Made by a program: the position numbers and the translations under genes | Shown: positions 49,769-63,500 of the stretch, piece by piece | How positions within the stretch are numbered: position 1 is the stretch's first letter | How the letters are laid out: the number at the start of each line of letters is the position of its first letter | Notes under the pieces: generated by a model | Database searches by the model: none | Told to the model about the DNA's origin: nothing | What the model saw: the letters and a program-made list of their open reading frames with translations, nothing else | Assembly: GCA_030704615.1 (NCBI GenBank) | Contig: CM060732.1 | Coordinates: 50,468,001-50,532,000 of the forward strand | Origin: Takakia lepidozioides | Taxonomy: Eukaryota; Plantae; Bryophyta | Length of the DNA: 64,000 nucleotides | Direction of reading: 5' to 3'

Positions 49769-51074
49769 AGGGGATTGCTAAAGCGTGAGCAGAAAATTCC
49801 GTGAGCAGATTTCTGCTCACGCTTCAGGATCTGCTCACCTATAACCATAGACACCTATTCGGCTTAGAGGACCTATTACTGCGGGTAGTGTCCAGTATAA
49901 CATGCATACCAATTCATCGTTATGGATGAATGACGGATGAATGATGGATGAATGGCCGATGAATGTCTGTTGGACGAATGGCACTGGATGAATGTAGTTT
50001 GTGGATGAATGGAAAATTAAAAAGCGTTTTTCAGTATTGGTTGCCGAATCCCCGGAGCTCCAGAGTGAACCTGTGCCAACTGAGGAGGGTTGTGGTTGTC
50101 CTTTTACTAGGTATCCTAAGTCGAGAGAGATGCTCACACCCAATTGCAAAGAAGGTGGAGAGGCCATTTGGTGCTTTAGTATAAATCGTTTGAAAACAGT
50201 CAATTCATTTCGACGAAGATTATCCACTGCTACTGGAGTCAATGTCCAAAACGAAGGCACAACTGTCTATGAAGACACTAGCCCTGCTCTGTAGAAAATC
50301 ATCTCTGTCGTAAAGCATAGGAGGGGGAGATGAGTTGAGACTAAATCGCCCGCTGCAGCCTCCGCATAACATGACCACTCAAAATCTGTTTGCAAGTTTT
50401 CCGAAAAAAAAAGCAAAACAAAAAAAAATCCGATTTGTTTTTTTTTTTTTTTTTCTTCCCGAATGCGCCACGTTAATCTGACACCTTAATCCTTTTTTTT
50501 TTTCTTTTTTTTTTCCCCCGAATGTGCTAGATTAAGATGTCAATGACACCTTAATCTGGCTGCTCTTCTGGTGTGCTATTTGGGGTGAATGACATCTACA
50601 ATTTGCTTGGACTACATAACTTATGATTCGTTGTCATGTCCCAACAGGGCTGGGAATTAAGATGTCGTTGACGACACACCTTAATGTCTGCTTCTCTGCA
50701 CAAAAAAGGTCCCCCCTATGATTTTTTCCAGGGGACATATTTGTTCTAGAGAGATATTCATGGATTCATTTGTCATGTGGTTACAGGGGTTGCGATTTAA
50801 GCTGTTGTTGACGACAGCTAATGCCTACTTCCCTGCGCCTGCTGATAGATGTTGTTGCAGTCATCCAACGATTTTTTTAATAATTTGTTTTTTAAAAATC
50901 CCGAATGTGCTCTTCTGGTGTGTTATTTGGGATGAATGACATGTACAAATTGCTCGGACTACATAACTTATGATTCGTTGTCATGTCCTTCTTCCTGGTG
51001 ACCAGAAATCCATGCTGGGTAAACGCCAAGTCTTTTGCTTGCAAAGCAGGGGTTGGGTTCATTTGCAAGTTTTT

Positions 51075-51114
<40 letters not shown>

Positions 51115-51811
51115 ATTTTTATTTTTCTTTGGTTTCCCCCTCCCCCCCCCCCCCCCCCCCCAAACCGAAGGTGCCAGATTAAGGTGTCGTCAATGATCTT
51201 CTGGTGTGTTATTTGGGGTGAATGACATCTACAAATTTCTCGGACTACATAACTTATGGTTCGTTGTCATGTCCCAACAGGGTTGGGAATTAAGATGTCA
51301 TTGACGACACCTTAATGTCTGTTTCTCTGCACAAAAAAGATTCCCCCTATGGTTTTCTCCAGGGGACATATTTGTTCTGGGGAGATTCATTTGTCATGTG
51401 CTGACAGGGGCTGCGATTTAAGCTGTCGTTGATGATAGCTTAATGTCTGCTTCCCTGCGCATGCTGATCCCTGAGGATAGATGTTGTTGCAGTCATCCAT
51501 GGTTCAATCATCTGGGCAGTTTTTCATCCGCCATTCATCCGCCATTCATCCATTCCCTTTTATGTCCATCCCAAATACATTCATCCGTAAAATTTTCATT
51601 GCACATTCGTGCCACATTGTCGTCATGGAGACTGTTTGTCTCCTGTCCGATAGAGAGGAGATTGCGTCGTTGGAGTGGAGTTTGCGTCCACGGCAATAGG
51701 CCCACTTGTTCCCTCGGTTCTAGGGTCCGCATCTGTAATCTGCTTACGTTTTCAATCTGCTCATGCATAAAAGAATTTGCTCACGGGTTCTGCTCACGCC
51801 TTTGCTGCCCT
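49769..51811. mobile_element. Non-autonomous TIR element, MULE-like
   Basis: Imperfect long TIRs (gcgtgagcagaa..ccgtgagca / tgctcacgg..tctgctcacgc; ggatgaat / attcatcc arrays); flanks tgttagggg (49760-49768) and cgttagggg (51812-51820); three internal repeats at ~50564, 50911 and 51198. Confidence 0.7.
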
Positions 51812-53960
51812 CGTTAGGGGATTGTAATATACCTAAGATGCAGCCAGATGCTTATCAATACTTTGTCGAGGTTGAGGGATGTGCATCCCTAGATGTGAGA
51901 CATCTACACAAGACGAGGCCACAGACCTCAGGTCAATCTGAAAAGTTAATGGAGCCACATGAGTTGCAACGATAGTCAGCTAGCAGAGTCATCATATTCA
52001 TCTGCAGGGCCCGTACAACTAGAAAACTTCAAAGTGATATTTGCAAAATAACAATAAGCCTTAGACCCGACTTGTGATGAGTTCGGAATGGGATCCTTGC
52101 CAAGGTTTTCATAAATAGTAAACCCAACAACCCCTGAGCGCATGCAGAAAGAGCAACTCTAGTTAGCTCAAGGCACATACATACACCAATTTTTGACACT
52201 ACCCGAGGCGCCCCATACAAGGATTCGGAGACACTCTTCAGAAGAGCCTCTAAATCGATTATAGCAAGTCAATATTGATGACTAGCGACTACTATGTGGC
52301 AGCATTAGAGCAAAATGCAAACCTGAAAGCTGCAACTACCAAAGAAAGAGAGTATCGAAAAGAAGACCAAGTAGCCAACAAGCCGAAGGGCTGCTGAGAA
52401 TTTTGAGAAAGAAATAGTGAAGTGACAACGAGCGAAAGACAGAGATGCCCAAAAAAAATTGATGAAGCCTGGACAACTAAGAGCATCGCAGGAGGCACTC
52501 CATGCAGCAATCAAAGCAAATGTCGCAATATCGCCCACAACCTATTGAGCTCATTTCTATGGCCTCATTCCAGCAATATGTCATCACAATATGAAGGTGG
52601 CTATGGAAAGCTGAAGGCACACCGCTTAGAATTGGACACCAGCAAATTTGAAATGATTAAGCCTCATTTATAAAGGACAAGCACACTCAGCGCCTACCAT
52701 CTGAACATTTGCCACAACTAGTTCTCGCAATGAAGCTGTAAGAGGCAGGATAGAGACGATCATCCACATGATGGGTGAAGCCAATGTATTGTTGTTACAA
52801 CAATTGAGTACGTGGATACTTGCAACCTATGACATTCCTACAAATGCCATAACCACGCCCGATTGCCTCTTGGATTCTGAGTTTGTTTGAATGATTCAAT
52901 TTCGAGATCCTCAATAGCTCATTTGAGTTTGCTACAACACTACAGTTAAATTACCTTGGAAACTAATTTCTCTTCTGAATAACATAATTCTCTTTTGCAG
53001 TTTCATGTTCTCCTTAACCTCTAACTGTTCGTCTTGGGTGCACAATATTCTTAGTGGCACATAATCACTTGATTTTAATCTCTTTTAACTCATACAGAAA
53101 TTCAGGGCTTATGAAAGACCGTATTACTTAAGTTAAAAGAAGCTCAAAAGATAGCCTAGCTGAGACATGTTGCCGATCAAGGGGAGGCTACTACCACCCT
53201 TGCCAAAATGCTCCTCAAGGTCAACAAACTGTCTCTTGAACTTGAGCAAACGACAACTATGCTGGACCACTATGCTCTCAACAGCACGAACCTAAGCGCC
53301 ATATGAATGTATTGGTCTGCCCAAGCTTACGCGTAATGCTGGGGGCCCATGGGATAGCGCGTATGAGGAGACCTACTCTGGCGCTCACCCGAATGCTACT
53401 GTGGACTGTGTAATCACTGGTGAGTGGGGAACCCAACTTCGCCCCCCCCCCCAAGCATCTTTTTCCAGCAAACCACACAGCTTTGGGCCAGTACCCAACC
53501 CAGCCCCACAACTACGTCAATACAAGCACAACAATGTCAGTAAGACTGTTGCTCGGATGGAAAGGTATGAACCCTACTCTGCTCGAACCAGGCTATCTGT
53601 CCATGTGTTTTGTGACACTACCTCTCATGGACTCGATGGATGCAACATCTTCAACAGGGGCCCTCTAATGGCCCCACCTTCATCTCTGCATGAGTATCAC
53701 CAAGTCAGGCAGGGCAAGCTAGGCCCTAGTTTGACTGGACTTGTAGTTGGCTTGGCTATTAATAGAACGAAGACACTTCAGATGCATACAGATACTGCAG
53801 AATCCATGCAAGAATTAAGGGAAGCTGAAGAGGAGGGAAGTTCTACTACTCTACCAGGCAGGAGTTGCAGGGGCAGAGATTACTGCGCTGAAGCTCTCAG
53901 TGGCAAAGATGAAGAAAGCAGACAGGGACAATATCGGGACGGATGACACAGTGATGGAAA

Positions 53961-55421
53961 GTGTGGTTGCATTTAAAAGGCCACACGACAATAAACAGGA
54001 AAAAAGAGGGCCATGTTCCCATGGCTCCAAAAGATCATTGGACGATGTCATTGAAGGCGAATCGTTCAAGCACACGCAGTCACAGCCAGCAACCTGAATA
54101 TTTCATCACGAGAGCTCACTTGACACCTGCACCAGCCAGATCTGTTGCTCTACTAGACCTGCCCGGGTACTCTGTTGAAATGCTTAGTGGTGAGTGCTGC
54201 CACAGTGCTCTCCAGGCGTGCGATAAGAGAACTGTAGGTCAGCTTACGGGCCTGTCCCTCAAGAACCGCGAGCTGCTATTTTTCTTCTTGCAAGATGCGG
54301 CTCTGGTGCGCAAGTGCTTTGACTGCTTAAGCTCTCTTCAACGGTCTCAGCCCTCGAGCTACCTATCACTGAGACCCAACTCTCAGTTTACTTTTATGAA
54401 CAGTGTGGGCAGCCCCTTCAGTTGTGACTGCCCTTTGCTGGCCCCTATGCTTCGCCAGCTCTCAGCATCACACCATTACCATCCTCTTCAGTTGGCAAAT
54501 CCACCCCCGAGAAGCTTCTTTTATGGAGGGGGCATTGAGATCAACCGCACTGAGATGAACCCTCTCTCGCAAATAAACATCGAACTGGAGGGTGTCTCTA
54601 TTGCAACAGAGAAGGATTACGCACTATGTATGCTTGGCTGTACCCTGTTTCCAGCGAAAGTGTTCAAGAATCTGACTACGGATTGCAACGTTGACCTGCG
54701 CAGCATTGTGGAAGGTACCATTCCCAGCTTGTGGCCCCTCAACCACTCTAGCTCACCCAACCCTCTCCCCTTCCACATGTCTCTCTGCAACCAGGATGTT
54801 CCAGCCAATGTCCAAAAACAGCTTCAGTACAAGGGCGACAACATCAGGGAGGTAGGGGCAGCGATGGATAGGTATGAACCTGCAGATTTTGAGTACACCG
54901 CGGGAGCTCTCACAGCTATGCAGATCTGCATGGTGGCATGCCATGCTGGTGCAAAGAACAGCGATATAAGTGGTGATATTGGCATCGAAATCTGCCCCCA
55001 CATTCGAGTAGCTTTCTATCTCAAGCAACGCTCAAGCAACACTCAGCTTTCTTTCTCAAGGGCCTCCCTCATCTCTTTTCTTAAAGCCTGTACCTGCCTT
55101 GCAACCCTCAGAAAGGGTGAAGAGGTCCATGACGGCGTCATCCTAGTTCACAGGGCACCGAACAACAGTCTGGAGACTGCCCTGGCTGACATGTTTGCCA
55201 AATATGGAAGTGTGCAAATGTTCAACAATATAACGTTTATCTCGGTTCTCAATGCATGTGCCAGCCTGGCAGCCCTGGGAAAGGGCCAGGGGGCCCACTC
55301 TGACATCATTAAAGCTGGAATTAGATCAGATATCATTCTGGAGACTGCCCTTGTGGACATGTATGTAAAATGTGGGAACATGAAAGGGGCTCGTCGAGTG
55401 TTTGACAATATGGCTGAATGA
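53961..55421 (+). CDS. 486-aa ORF: unrecognised N-terminal ~370 aa fused in frame to PPR L/S motifs
   Basis: Longest ORF in the window; PPR starts at ISFLKACTCLATLRKGEEVH (~55070) and ends at TGA replacing Arg of ERD. Function of the N-terminal part unknown. Confidence 0.4.
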   Translation: MWLHLKGHTTINRKKEGHVPMAPKDHWTMSLKANRSSTRSHSQQPEYFITRAHLTPAPARSVALLDLPGYSVEMLSGECCHSALQACDKRTVGQLTGLSLKNRELLFFFLQDAALVRKCFDCLSSLQRSQPSSYLSLRPNSQFTFMNSVGSPFSCDCPLLAPMLRQLSASHHYHPLQLANPPPRSFFYGGGIEINRTEMNPLSQINIELEGVSIATEKDYALCMLGCTLFPAKVFKNLTTDCNVDLRSIVEGTIPSLWPLNHSSSPNPLPFHMSLCNQDVPANVQKQLQYKGDNIREVGAAMDRYEPADFEYTAGALTAMQICMVACHAGAKNSDISGDIGIEICPHIRVAFYLKQRSSNTQLSFSRASLISFLKACTCLATLRKGEEVHDGVILVHRAPNNSLETALADMFAKYGSVQMFNNITFISVLNACASLAALGKGQGAHSDIIKAGIRSDIILETALVDMYVKCGNMKGARRVFDNMAE

Positions 55422-56370
55422 GATGTGGTTTCCTGGAGTGCGCTAATTGCAGGGTATGATCGACATGATTGTGGTATGGAGGCTTTGGATATCAATGCGG
55501 AACCTCCCTCGGGATATGCTAAGCATGGTCGTGGGAGGGAGGCCTTAGAGGCATATGATCAAATAATTCGGGAAAAGGTGACACCCAATCTGGTTTCATC
55601 TGTTGGTGTTCGGAAGGTTTGTATCAGAATGGCAGGCCTGGAGAAGGGCAAACAGGTCCCTGTTGACATCATGAGAGCTGGAATTGAGCCAGATATCACT
55701 CTGGACACTGCCTTGGCCATCATGTATGCCAAATGTAGGCACAAACGATGCACGCCAAGTGTTTGACAATTTGCGTCAAAGAAACGTGGTCTTGTGTAAT
55801 GCAATGATCACAGGATATGCTAAACATGGTTGTGGGAGGGGGGCCTTGGTGGCTTATGATCAAATGACTTGGGAAAAGGTGACACCCAATCAAGTTCCAT
55901 CTGCTGGTGTTCTGAAGGTGTGTGCCAGACTGGCTGGCCTGGAGAAGAGCAAACAGGGCCCTGCTAACATCATGAGAGCTGGAATTGAGCCAGGTATCAT
56001 TCTGGCCACTGCCTTGGTCGACATGTATGCCAAATGTAGTAGCACGAATGATGCACGCCAAGTGTCTGACAAACTGCGTCAAAGAAATGTGGTCTCATGT
56101 AATGCAAAGGTCACAGGATATGCTAAGCATGGTCGTGGGAGGGAGGCCTTGGAGGCTTATGATCAAATGACTCGGGAAAAGGTGACACCCAATCAGGTTC
56201 CAGCTGCTGGTGTTCTGAAGGTCTGTGCCAGACTGGCAGGCCTGGAGAAGGGCAAACAGGTCCCTGCTAACACCATGAGAGCTGGAATTGCACCAGATAT
56301 CATTCCGGCCACAACCTTAGTCAACATGAAGGCCAAATGTGGCAGCATACATGATGCACGCCAAGTGTTT
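55065..56370 (+). pseudogene. Divergent PLS-PPR array (~303-bp triplets)
   Basis: GYAKHG(R/C)GR at ~55512, 55813 and 56117; truncated at VFV by LINE-associated sequence. Confidence 0.9.
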
Positions 56371-57599
56371 GTTTGCAACGTTAGGGTGCAGCTGCGCCCT
56401 ATGACATATAGAGACCTCTCCTATCCCCCCTCTTTCTTATGGTTGTTTCCTGCTACAGATCTGGTCAGATGCTCTTATTCCTATTGCTATGGTTTACCTA
56501 TTTCTGATCTGCAGACCTCAAGATCTGCTCTCCCTAATACTCACATGCCCTGTACTCCCATCTTGCAGGCTCACCCGATTAAACTCCAAGGACACCCTAC
56601 AGCCAGGGACTGGGAATCCCAACATACTACTCCCTGCCCACTATTGAACAAGGTATCCCAGTTTGATAACTCAGACATGAAGCCTCTCAATTTAACTCCA
56701 CTGAAGCAATGCCTCAGCGCAGGTACTCATCACTCTGCCTTTATAGGCTATATTCCAGATCTACTCACTTGTTCACCACGATTACCTCATACCGTATGTT
56801 GTGTAATTGATTTCCGTACAAACTTACAGATTGTAATCTCAGACATGCGTGCGTGCCCTTGCTCTCTATGATGCTCCATCATACTGGCTTATGTTCTCCG
56901 GGGCATAATTTCACTCCGCTTACAAGTGATAGTACTTTGTGGTATCAAGTTCCGGCTACATGCCACATCCGTGGCAGACACTATCTCGTTAACGTACAAT
57001 TTTGTTTATACCTCCGTGATTATGTACCACTCCATGACTCCCAAATGGCTTTTACAAAAGTCTTCATTACTCCTCTCATCCATGTCATCTCCCGAATGCA
57101 TATCATCCACCTTCTACCAACTATCTACCACAAATCCCACCGCGCCAGAGATTCTCTACGTGTGAAATAATTCCACACCTTGGATGCCCAACTCACAAAC
57201 CTTCCCACATCAATTTGCCCTCCCTTTCCCTTACAAGCTACATCATCTATTATTACACCTCTCAACTAACTAAACACAAGACACAACCTCGCACCATCTA
57301 TCTTCTCCCCAATGTCCTCCGTTATCTATATCGTCCGCTCCTCCTAACTTATGACCAGCACGAACGCTATCCAATATAGTTCTTAAACCCCGTTCCGTCG
57401 AATATATTCCTCCTATATACTCAAGCCCTAAAAGCTACACCACCTCATTGTCTACCATGCTACCCCCCACATACCCTAAACACCTTAAGACGCTCCATTA
57501 TATATACCCCCAGCCCTACCCAATTACTTATATAGCCCAAATGGCCGTATCAACTATTCCCAGAAAAATCTAACACTACTATCACCACCCCCTGCACTC

Positions 57600-60500
57600 G
57601 ATACTACATACTTAAAAAACACTTGCTCAACCTCATCTTGTTAAGATGGGCGATATTCATCCAAACCCCGGGCCCTTCACTATCAGCACGACATTATCCA
57701 AGAACTTCCCAAAGACGCACAAGACAGATACGCACTATACTTCCAGCCAGACACGATGACGCTTAGGCACAACTACCGCCATATCTCTGACCACTTCATA
57801 CCATTCTTCACGCACGTCCCCCCCCCCGACCATACGCCCACGCAATACATCATAACTTTTGGAGTCCCCCCCCAGTCGCTACCCAACACTTTCCAAAGCC
57901 CTGCAAAACTCAAAGCCTTCCCCAAGACCCATCTTCTTTTCTCCCTTATAATCATCATCTCCCCGCTGCCTGAAACATGTAATGGTTATCTTCACTCTCA
58001 CTCAATCTCCCAAATACGTACATTTCTCCACAAAATACAAAGCCTACCGCTGCTCCCCCATAATTACTTGGCCCCACCACACTACCTATCTACTCTTCAC
58101 TCATTTCTAAATCTGTTGCAAACCCAACCAGACGCCGTGCATAAGATTCTCGGTGACCACCTAGCCACCATAACCGTTCCCAACCTAGACCTTATGGAAA
58201 CCACTAACAAATTTCCCTTCATCTCCCAAGACATCCTCGCTGCCACACTGAAAGCCATTACCCCCCTCCCTGGGTTCTCCCCGCCATCCGTAACTACCCC
58301 CCCCTCCCCACCACCACCCGCACCCTTTCAACCCAACACAACTGATCCTATCTCTATATCCGAAAGTAACACCAATTCATTCATTATCACCTCCTGGAAC
58401 GTCGGTTCTCTTGCTACTAGTATCCAAAGCCTCATCCACCTCCTTACTGACTCCACCTCCCCCATATCATACTACTACCAGAAACCAAGCTGCACACCAG
58501 CAACACTAATAGCTCATACATCAATAAACTCCTTCCGGACTACTGTGTCTTATACGATAACCCCCTCACCGCCCCACAATGTCTCCTCAGGCGCTCTGCC
58601 CCATACAATCCCACTAGGGGCGGTGTCGCACTCGGCATCCTACGTTCACATCACTCACCAAGCACTACCACTAAAATAACTCTACCCATTCATCTTTGAT
58701 CTCACCCCCAAATCGTCCAACTACATCCGTCAGCACTATGCCCCATTATCCTCATTCATCTATATATGCCTTCTCACATGGAGGACCTACCACTTATACC
58801 CGATATACTAAACACCATATCCAACACAATGACCAACCCCGATCATCTACAATACCATATCATATTAGCAGGAGACTTCAACAGGGACATTGCTCTACTT
58901 GGCCATACCTTCAATGGCACGCATAAACCCCCTACGCAAGTTGATCGTGATTGGGCTCGGTTCACGTCACAACACCTTCTCAAATATATCCCCATGGACC
59001 ATCACTACTCTAAACAAGGAGGACTCAACTACTCCTCATTAAGCCTCATAGATGGATTTTACCTCAGAACTAATGAGGACATCCCCCTATATCTTATGAG
59101 TCCCGTACACATAGATAGTCTATGCAACTCCGACCACTACCATATATCCCTCTCCCTCCCTCCATTGCTTATTCCCTTTCGACCCATCCCCGATGTACAC
59201 ATACCCCCTCCCCAACCGCGCCTCCTCTCCCCCTACCCCAACGCAATATCGTCGCCTTCCAAACTCACTTTCAACCCATCGCTTCCGCTCTAATAACTAC
59301 AACTTTCCCACATTCTCTCCGACTCAACCATTTTCAACACCCAGACACTACCTGGCTTGAAGCCGAACTCACCCTCACATCCATCCAACAATTAATGACC
59401 ACTAGTGTATTAGCCACCTGCTCTGCTCCTCCAGAAATCCCTTAGACCACGCGTTCAAAACAGAAAGGGGGCTACCTCACCCGAACCCAAAAACGAGAAT
59501 GGACCTCCCACCTTAACACATACCACACTATACGCCGAGCTCTCACTATTATCCCCAACCCTTCCACCACCACTTCATTTCAACAACTGCAAAGTGGACC
59601 GCCGTATCTCGTGCCTACACGTATCCCGACAGTCAATCACTCCTACCCCCCCCCTACTAATCCCTCCACTTTACCTAAAGGATTGCTACCCTATCCAAAG
59701 TAACCGAGACGCGAAAAAAAAGGCCTATAATATTACTAACAAAAAGCTACCGCCAATCATAATAGATTCATCTCTTCCTTGGACAACTCTTGCATGACCA
59801 TCGCTAAACGTGCCCACAAGCCATCTTAACCTGCTCTCAACCCCCCCATTGACTGTCTACGACACCGACGTGGCCACCTGTTAACCAAACTTGAATTATA
59901 TACAAAAAATGAAATGTGGGCTCAGCCTCGACATTTACACATACAGTCCCGAAAATGGCTCCATCCCAATAAGCATACTCTAGAGCATGTGTAAAAATCA
60001 ACACTACAGTTGGCACGCCTTGATGGATTCTCTCTTGATCAAAGGGGCTCTCCCGATGATAAGATCTAAGTTTTTTACTAAAGCCCTATATGGACTCATG
60101 CCGTAAATCCCTCTCCAAAGCCAAGGCCCCGGCCCGGACCTCATCCCCAATGCCATTTCTCAAGCACTCAATCCCCAATTCCACTCTCTTCTATTTAAAT
60201 TCTTTCACTTTATTACCGTCTATGTCGTATCCCCCCATCATGGAAGCATAGCCGCACCATTCTCCTATATAAAAAAGCCCCCCCGCCCCGCCCCCCCCCC
60301 ATCTTGGCAACGACCTGCCCTATTGCACCTGGTGATTTACATATATAAAACTCTTCATTAGTACACTGACCACGATGCTCTCAAGCTACGGGGAACACCA
60401 CGACATTCTTAGTGACCCCAAGAAGGTTTTTCGGGCCACCTGGAGTTACACCCGCCAAATACAATATGTACTCTCCATCTAGAAGATGCCAAACTCACCA

Positions 60501-63500
60501 AACAAGACAATCTACTCTTATACATGACTTAAGAAGTCTTCGGATCCCTGGATCATGCTCAGCTCCTTGCCATCATGACAGACCTAGGATACCCAACCGA
60601 TGCCATTCAACTCATAGGCACATCTATACCGGTAGTACCACGGAATACTCTAGCTCATACTACGGCTCCACCCCTCCTATCCCAATCCTGCGAGGTACCA
60701 TCAAGGTGACACCTTAAAGCCCCTATCTCTTTATCATCTTTTTAGAACCACTCTTAAGATGGATTGACCGTGGAAAATTAGGCTATCACTACAAAACCTC
60801 CCCTAACGAAATCTCCGCTGCAACATATGCCGACGATCTAGCCATCATAGCCCACAAACCTCAACACCTTAATCGTCAAGTGAACAAATTATTTCAATTC
60901 CATCAATGGTCGGGCATGGAGCTAAGCCTGCACAAATGTGCTGTCACTGCAGCTACCCACCACATCAAGCTTACTAAAACCACTATTGCCTCACACTGTA
61001 AGCTACACATCTACTACCGAAACAAAAACTTCCCATTCTTAGGCCCAGACGAACCCTACACCTACCTAGGTATTACAACCGGTTCCCTTCACTTACATGG
61101 CACTTACAAAAAAACACCACGCTCCTAAATAACCGATAGAAGCTTGGCCCTCCTCAATCTCCAGTCTCCATCCGTCCCAAACTCTTCACATTAATCCGTA
61201 CTCAAACCACAAGTCCAATATTCATTTCATGCTACACCATTCTCCCTCCCTGACATCAAACTAAGTGACAAGAACTTCATTCAACTCACCAAACGTATCT
61301 GTGGCCTTCCCACCAACACCCCAACGCCTTCACCCAGCTCCCAACTGACAGCTATGGCATTGGTACCTGCTCACTAATTACCTCCTACGCTTGCCACCAT
61401 GGCACACAGCTATAAGAAACTCTCAATGACCCCGAACGATTAGGCCTCATCTATAGGGGTCTCCTCAAAAATTCCGAGTACCCAATACAATGGCCTATAC
61501 TCCCTCCCAACCCTATATCCCCAATCTTGCCGCCACTTCCCACTGCAAGATCTCTATACAATCCTAAGTCAAAATGAACATTAGCATACAAACCGATCTC
61601 CCGGCATCCCTAACACCACCTCACCCCTTGAATAAGCTTGGCTTGACAGTCCACTCCTCCCTGCATTCGAGGAAATACACCCCCGCCAAAAATTGCCCAT
61701 CCTTGCCTACTTTAAAGTACGACATTCACGACACTGCCCAACTCACCACGCCTCTGGCTACAGACTATCACTCCTAGCGAGTTAACCCTCAATATTCCAG
61801 AGCTACCGTCAAAACTTGCCGATATCTTTCCCATTTCGTTCTCTTTTCTGCCATATGAACACTTCATGCACACTTGAGTGTGACCTACCCTGCACACATC
61901 TTCCCCCATAACAAACAAGATCTCCTCCCTCAATATAGAAACAACCCCAGTCGCTTCTATTCTCCACATGCTCAAAGCTTCTACGACTAACATAGATCCT
62001 ACAACTACGGAGAGCCCCCCCCCCCCCATCCCCTCCACTCCACTCCACTCCCACTCCACTCCACTCTACCAACCCTGCTCCCATCCATGAGACAGGGTCA
62101 AATCTTGACCACACCCACCTATTCCGGCCCGGCTACCCCCACACCCCGTTGTCCCTAGCTCACCCACCTTCACTCCTAACCCCACACTCTACCAATCATG
62201 ACAATCCAGAAGCCTTCATTATTGAAGCTATTTAGGGATCAGAAACTCAAACCTCTATCGATGAGTTTGGCGCCATGCCTTGACACTTTCTATCTATGTA
62301 AATGGCTGGCTTTCAACCTTGACCTTCTCCCGCCATTCCATAAAACAACTAAAACCAACTACCTAGCTCATATACACCCAACAACATACTTCCCAACCCA
62401 GTGGTTGGAGTTCGATATGTCCAAACCCCTAGTTGCTCCTGAGGTGCATGTATGCATCACGGAAGTAACCCTGACAAAGATATCATGACAATCCCCCCCA
62501 TAATACGCTCTGGCAAACGTATGTCCAGTCTATTCGCTCTTTACGGCCGCTACATTGGACTCATTTCCAATGACAGACTCACTTGGCTATGGCACAGATT
62601 CTCAAACTCCAACCCGTTACCCAAGCAGGCTAACTGCCCCTAGGCAAGACTTGCTACAGAAGTCTGCTGGTTGTGACCGCTACTAGGTGATACCCCCCCA
62701 AAAAAACGAGCAATCCCCACAAGTAACACAAGCCTACTCTCACACCACCCTCCCACTTGACATCCTAGCATTTCTTATAACTCTTTTCACTCACACACTT
62801 TTATTACTCTAGCCCGCTCACATGCCCGATGGAGCTCTCGTCATACTCTAGCCCCCACCCCCGGGATTGTATATTTGGAGCCACACAACATACATGGACT
62901 GGTTGCGGGCTTGTACATCCACCCCCTGGGCTATTCGCGCACGAAGCTCTCCAATGGGCTTGCTCGCGGCCCAATCCTCCCCCTCCTCCGCCGCCACATC
63001 TTCTTCTAACACACCAACAACTGCCTACCTCTAGGCACCCTCTCCTCCACCTCCCCTGAGGTCACACCTTAGCTGCTATGACCCAGTCCAGATCAAATAC
63101 TCTCGCACCCTGCCCCTTCCCAAATACCTAAAACACCAGGAACCCACCATAACCCTAATATTGCCTGTCATCGCACCCCCACCGCTTCCACATTACCCAC
63201 CTTTTCCTTACCGCCTACTCGCCTCCTAACTGAAACGCATGGCATGAAAGCAACTACATTTCATATCCACCCACCCCAACCCGCTACTCCCAGCCCTTAC
63301 CTTAGAATAAACTCAGGTAAAACATGGTCTAAAGCGCTACCCCGTCCCCCCATCTCACTTATTATGCCCGCTCATAGTGAACCCCGGGTATCCCAACATA
63401 TTCTACCTCTTAAGTACCCACCTACCCACTAACACTACACTGATGGATCCCTCATAGCGGGCCCCAGGGTTGGATACGGTATTTACCATGCCGCTACCAA

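Noticed and set aside
55684-56871. 395-aa ORF as an intact PPR gene
   Set aside because: The PPR part lacks conserved residues and the C-terminal half is read-through into unrelated LINE-flanking DNA.
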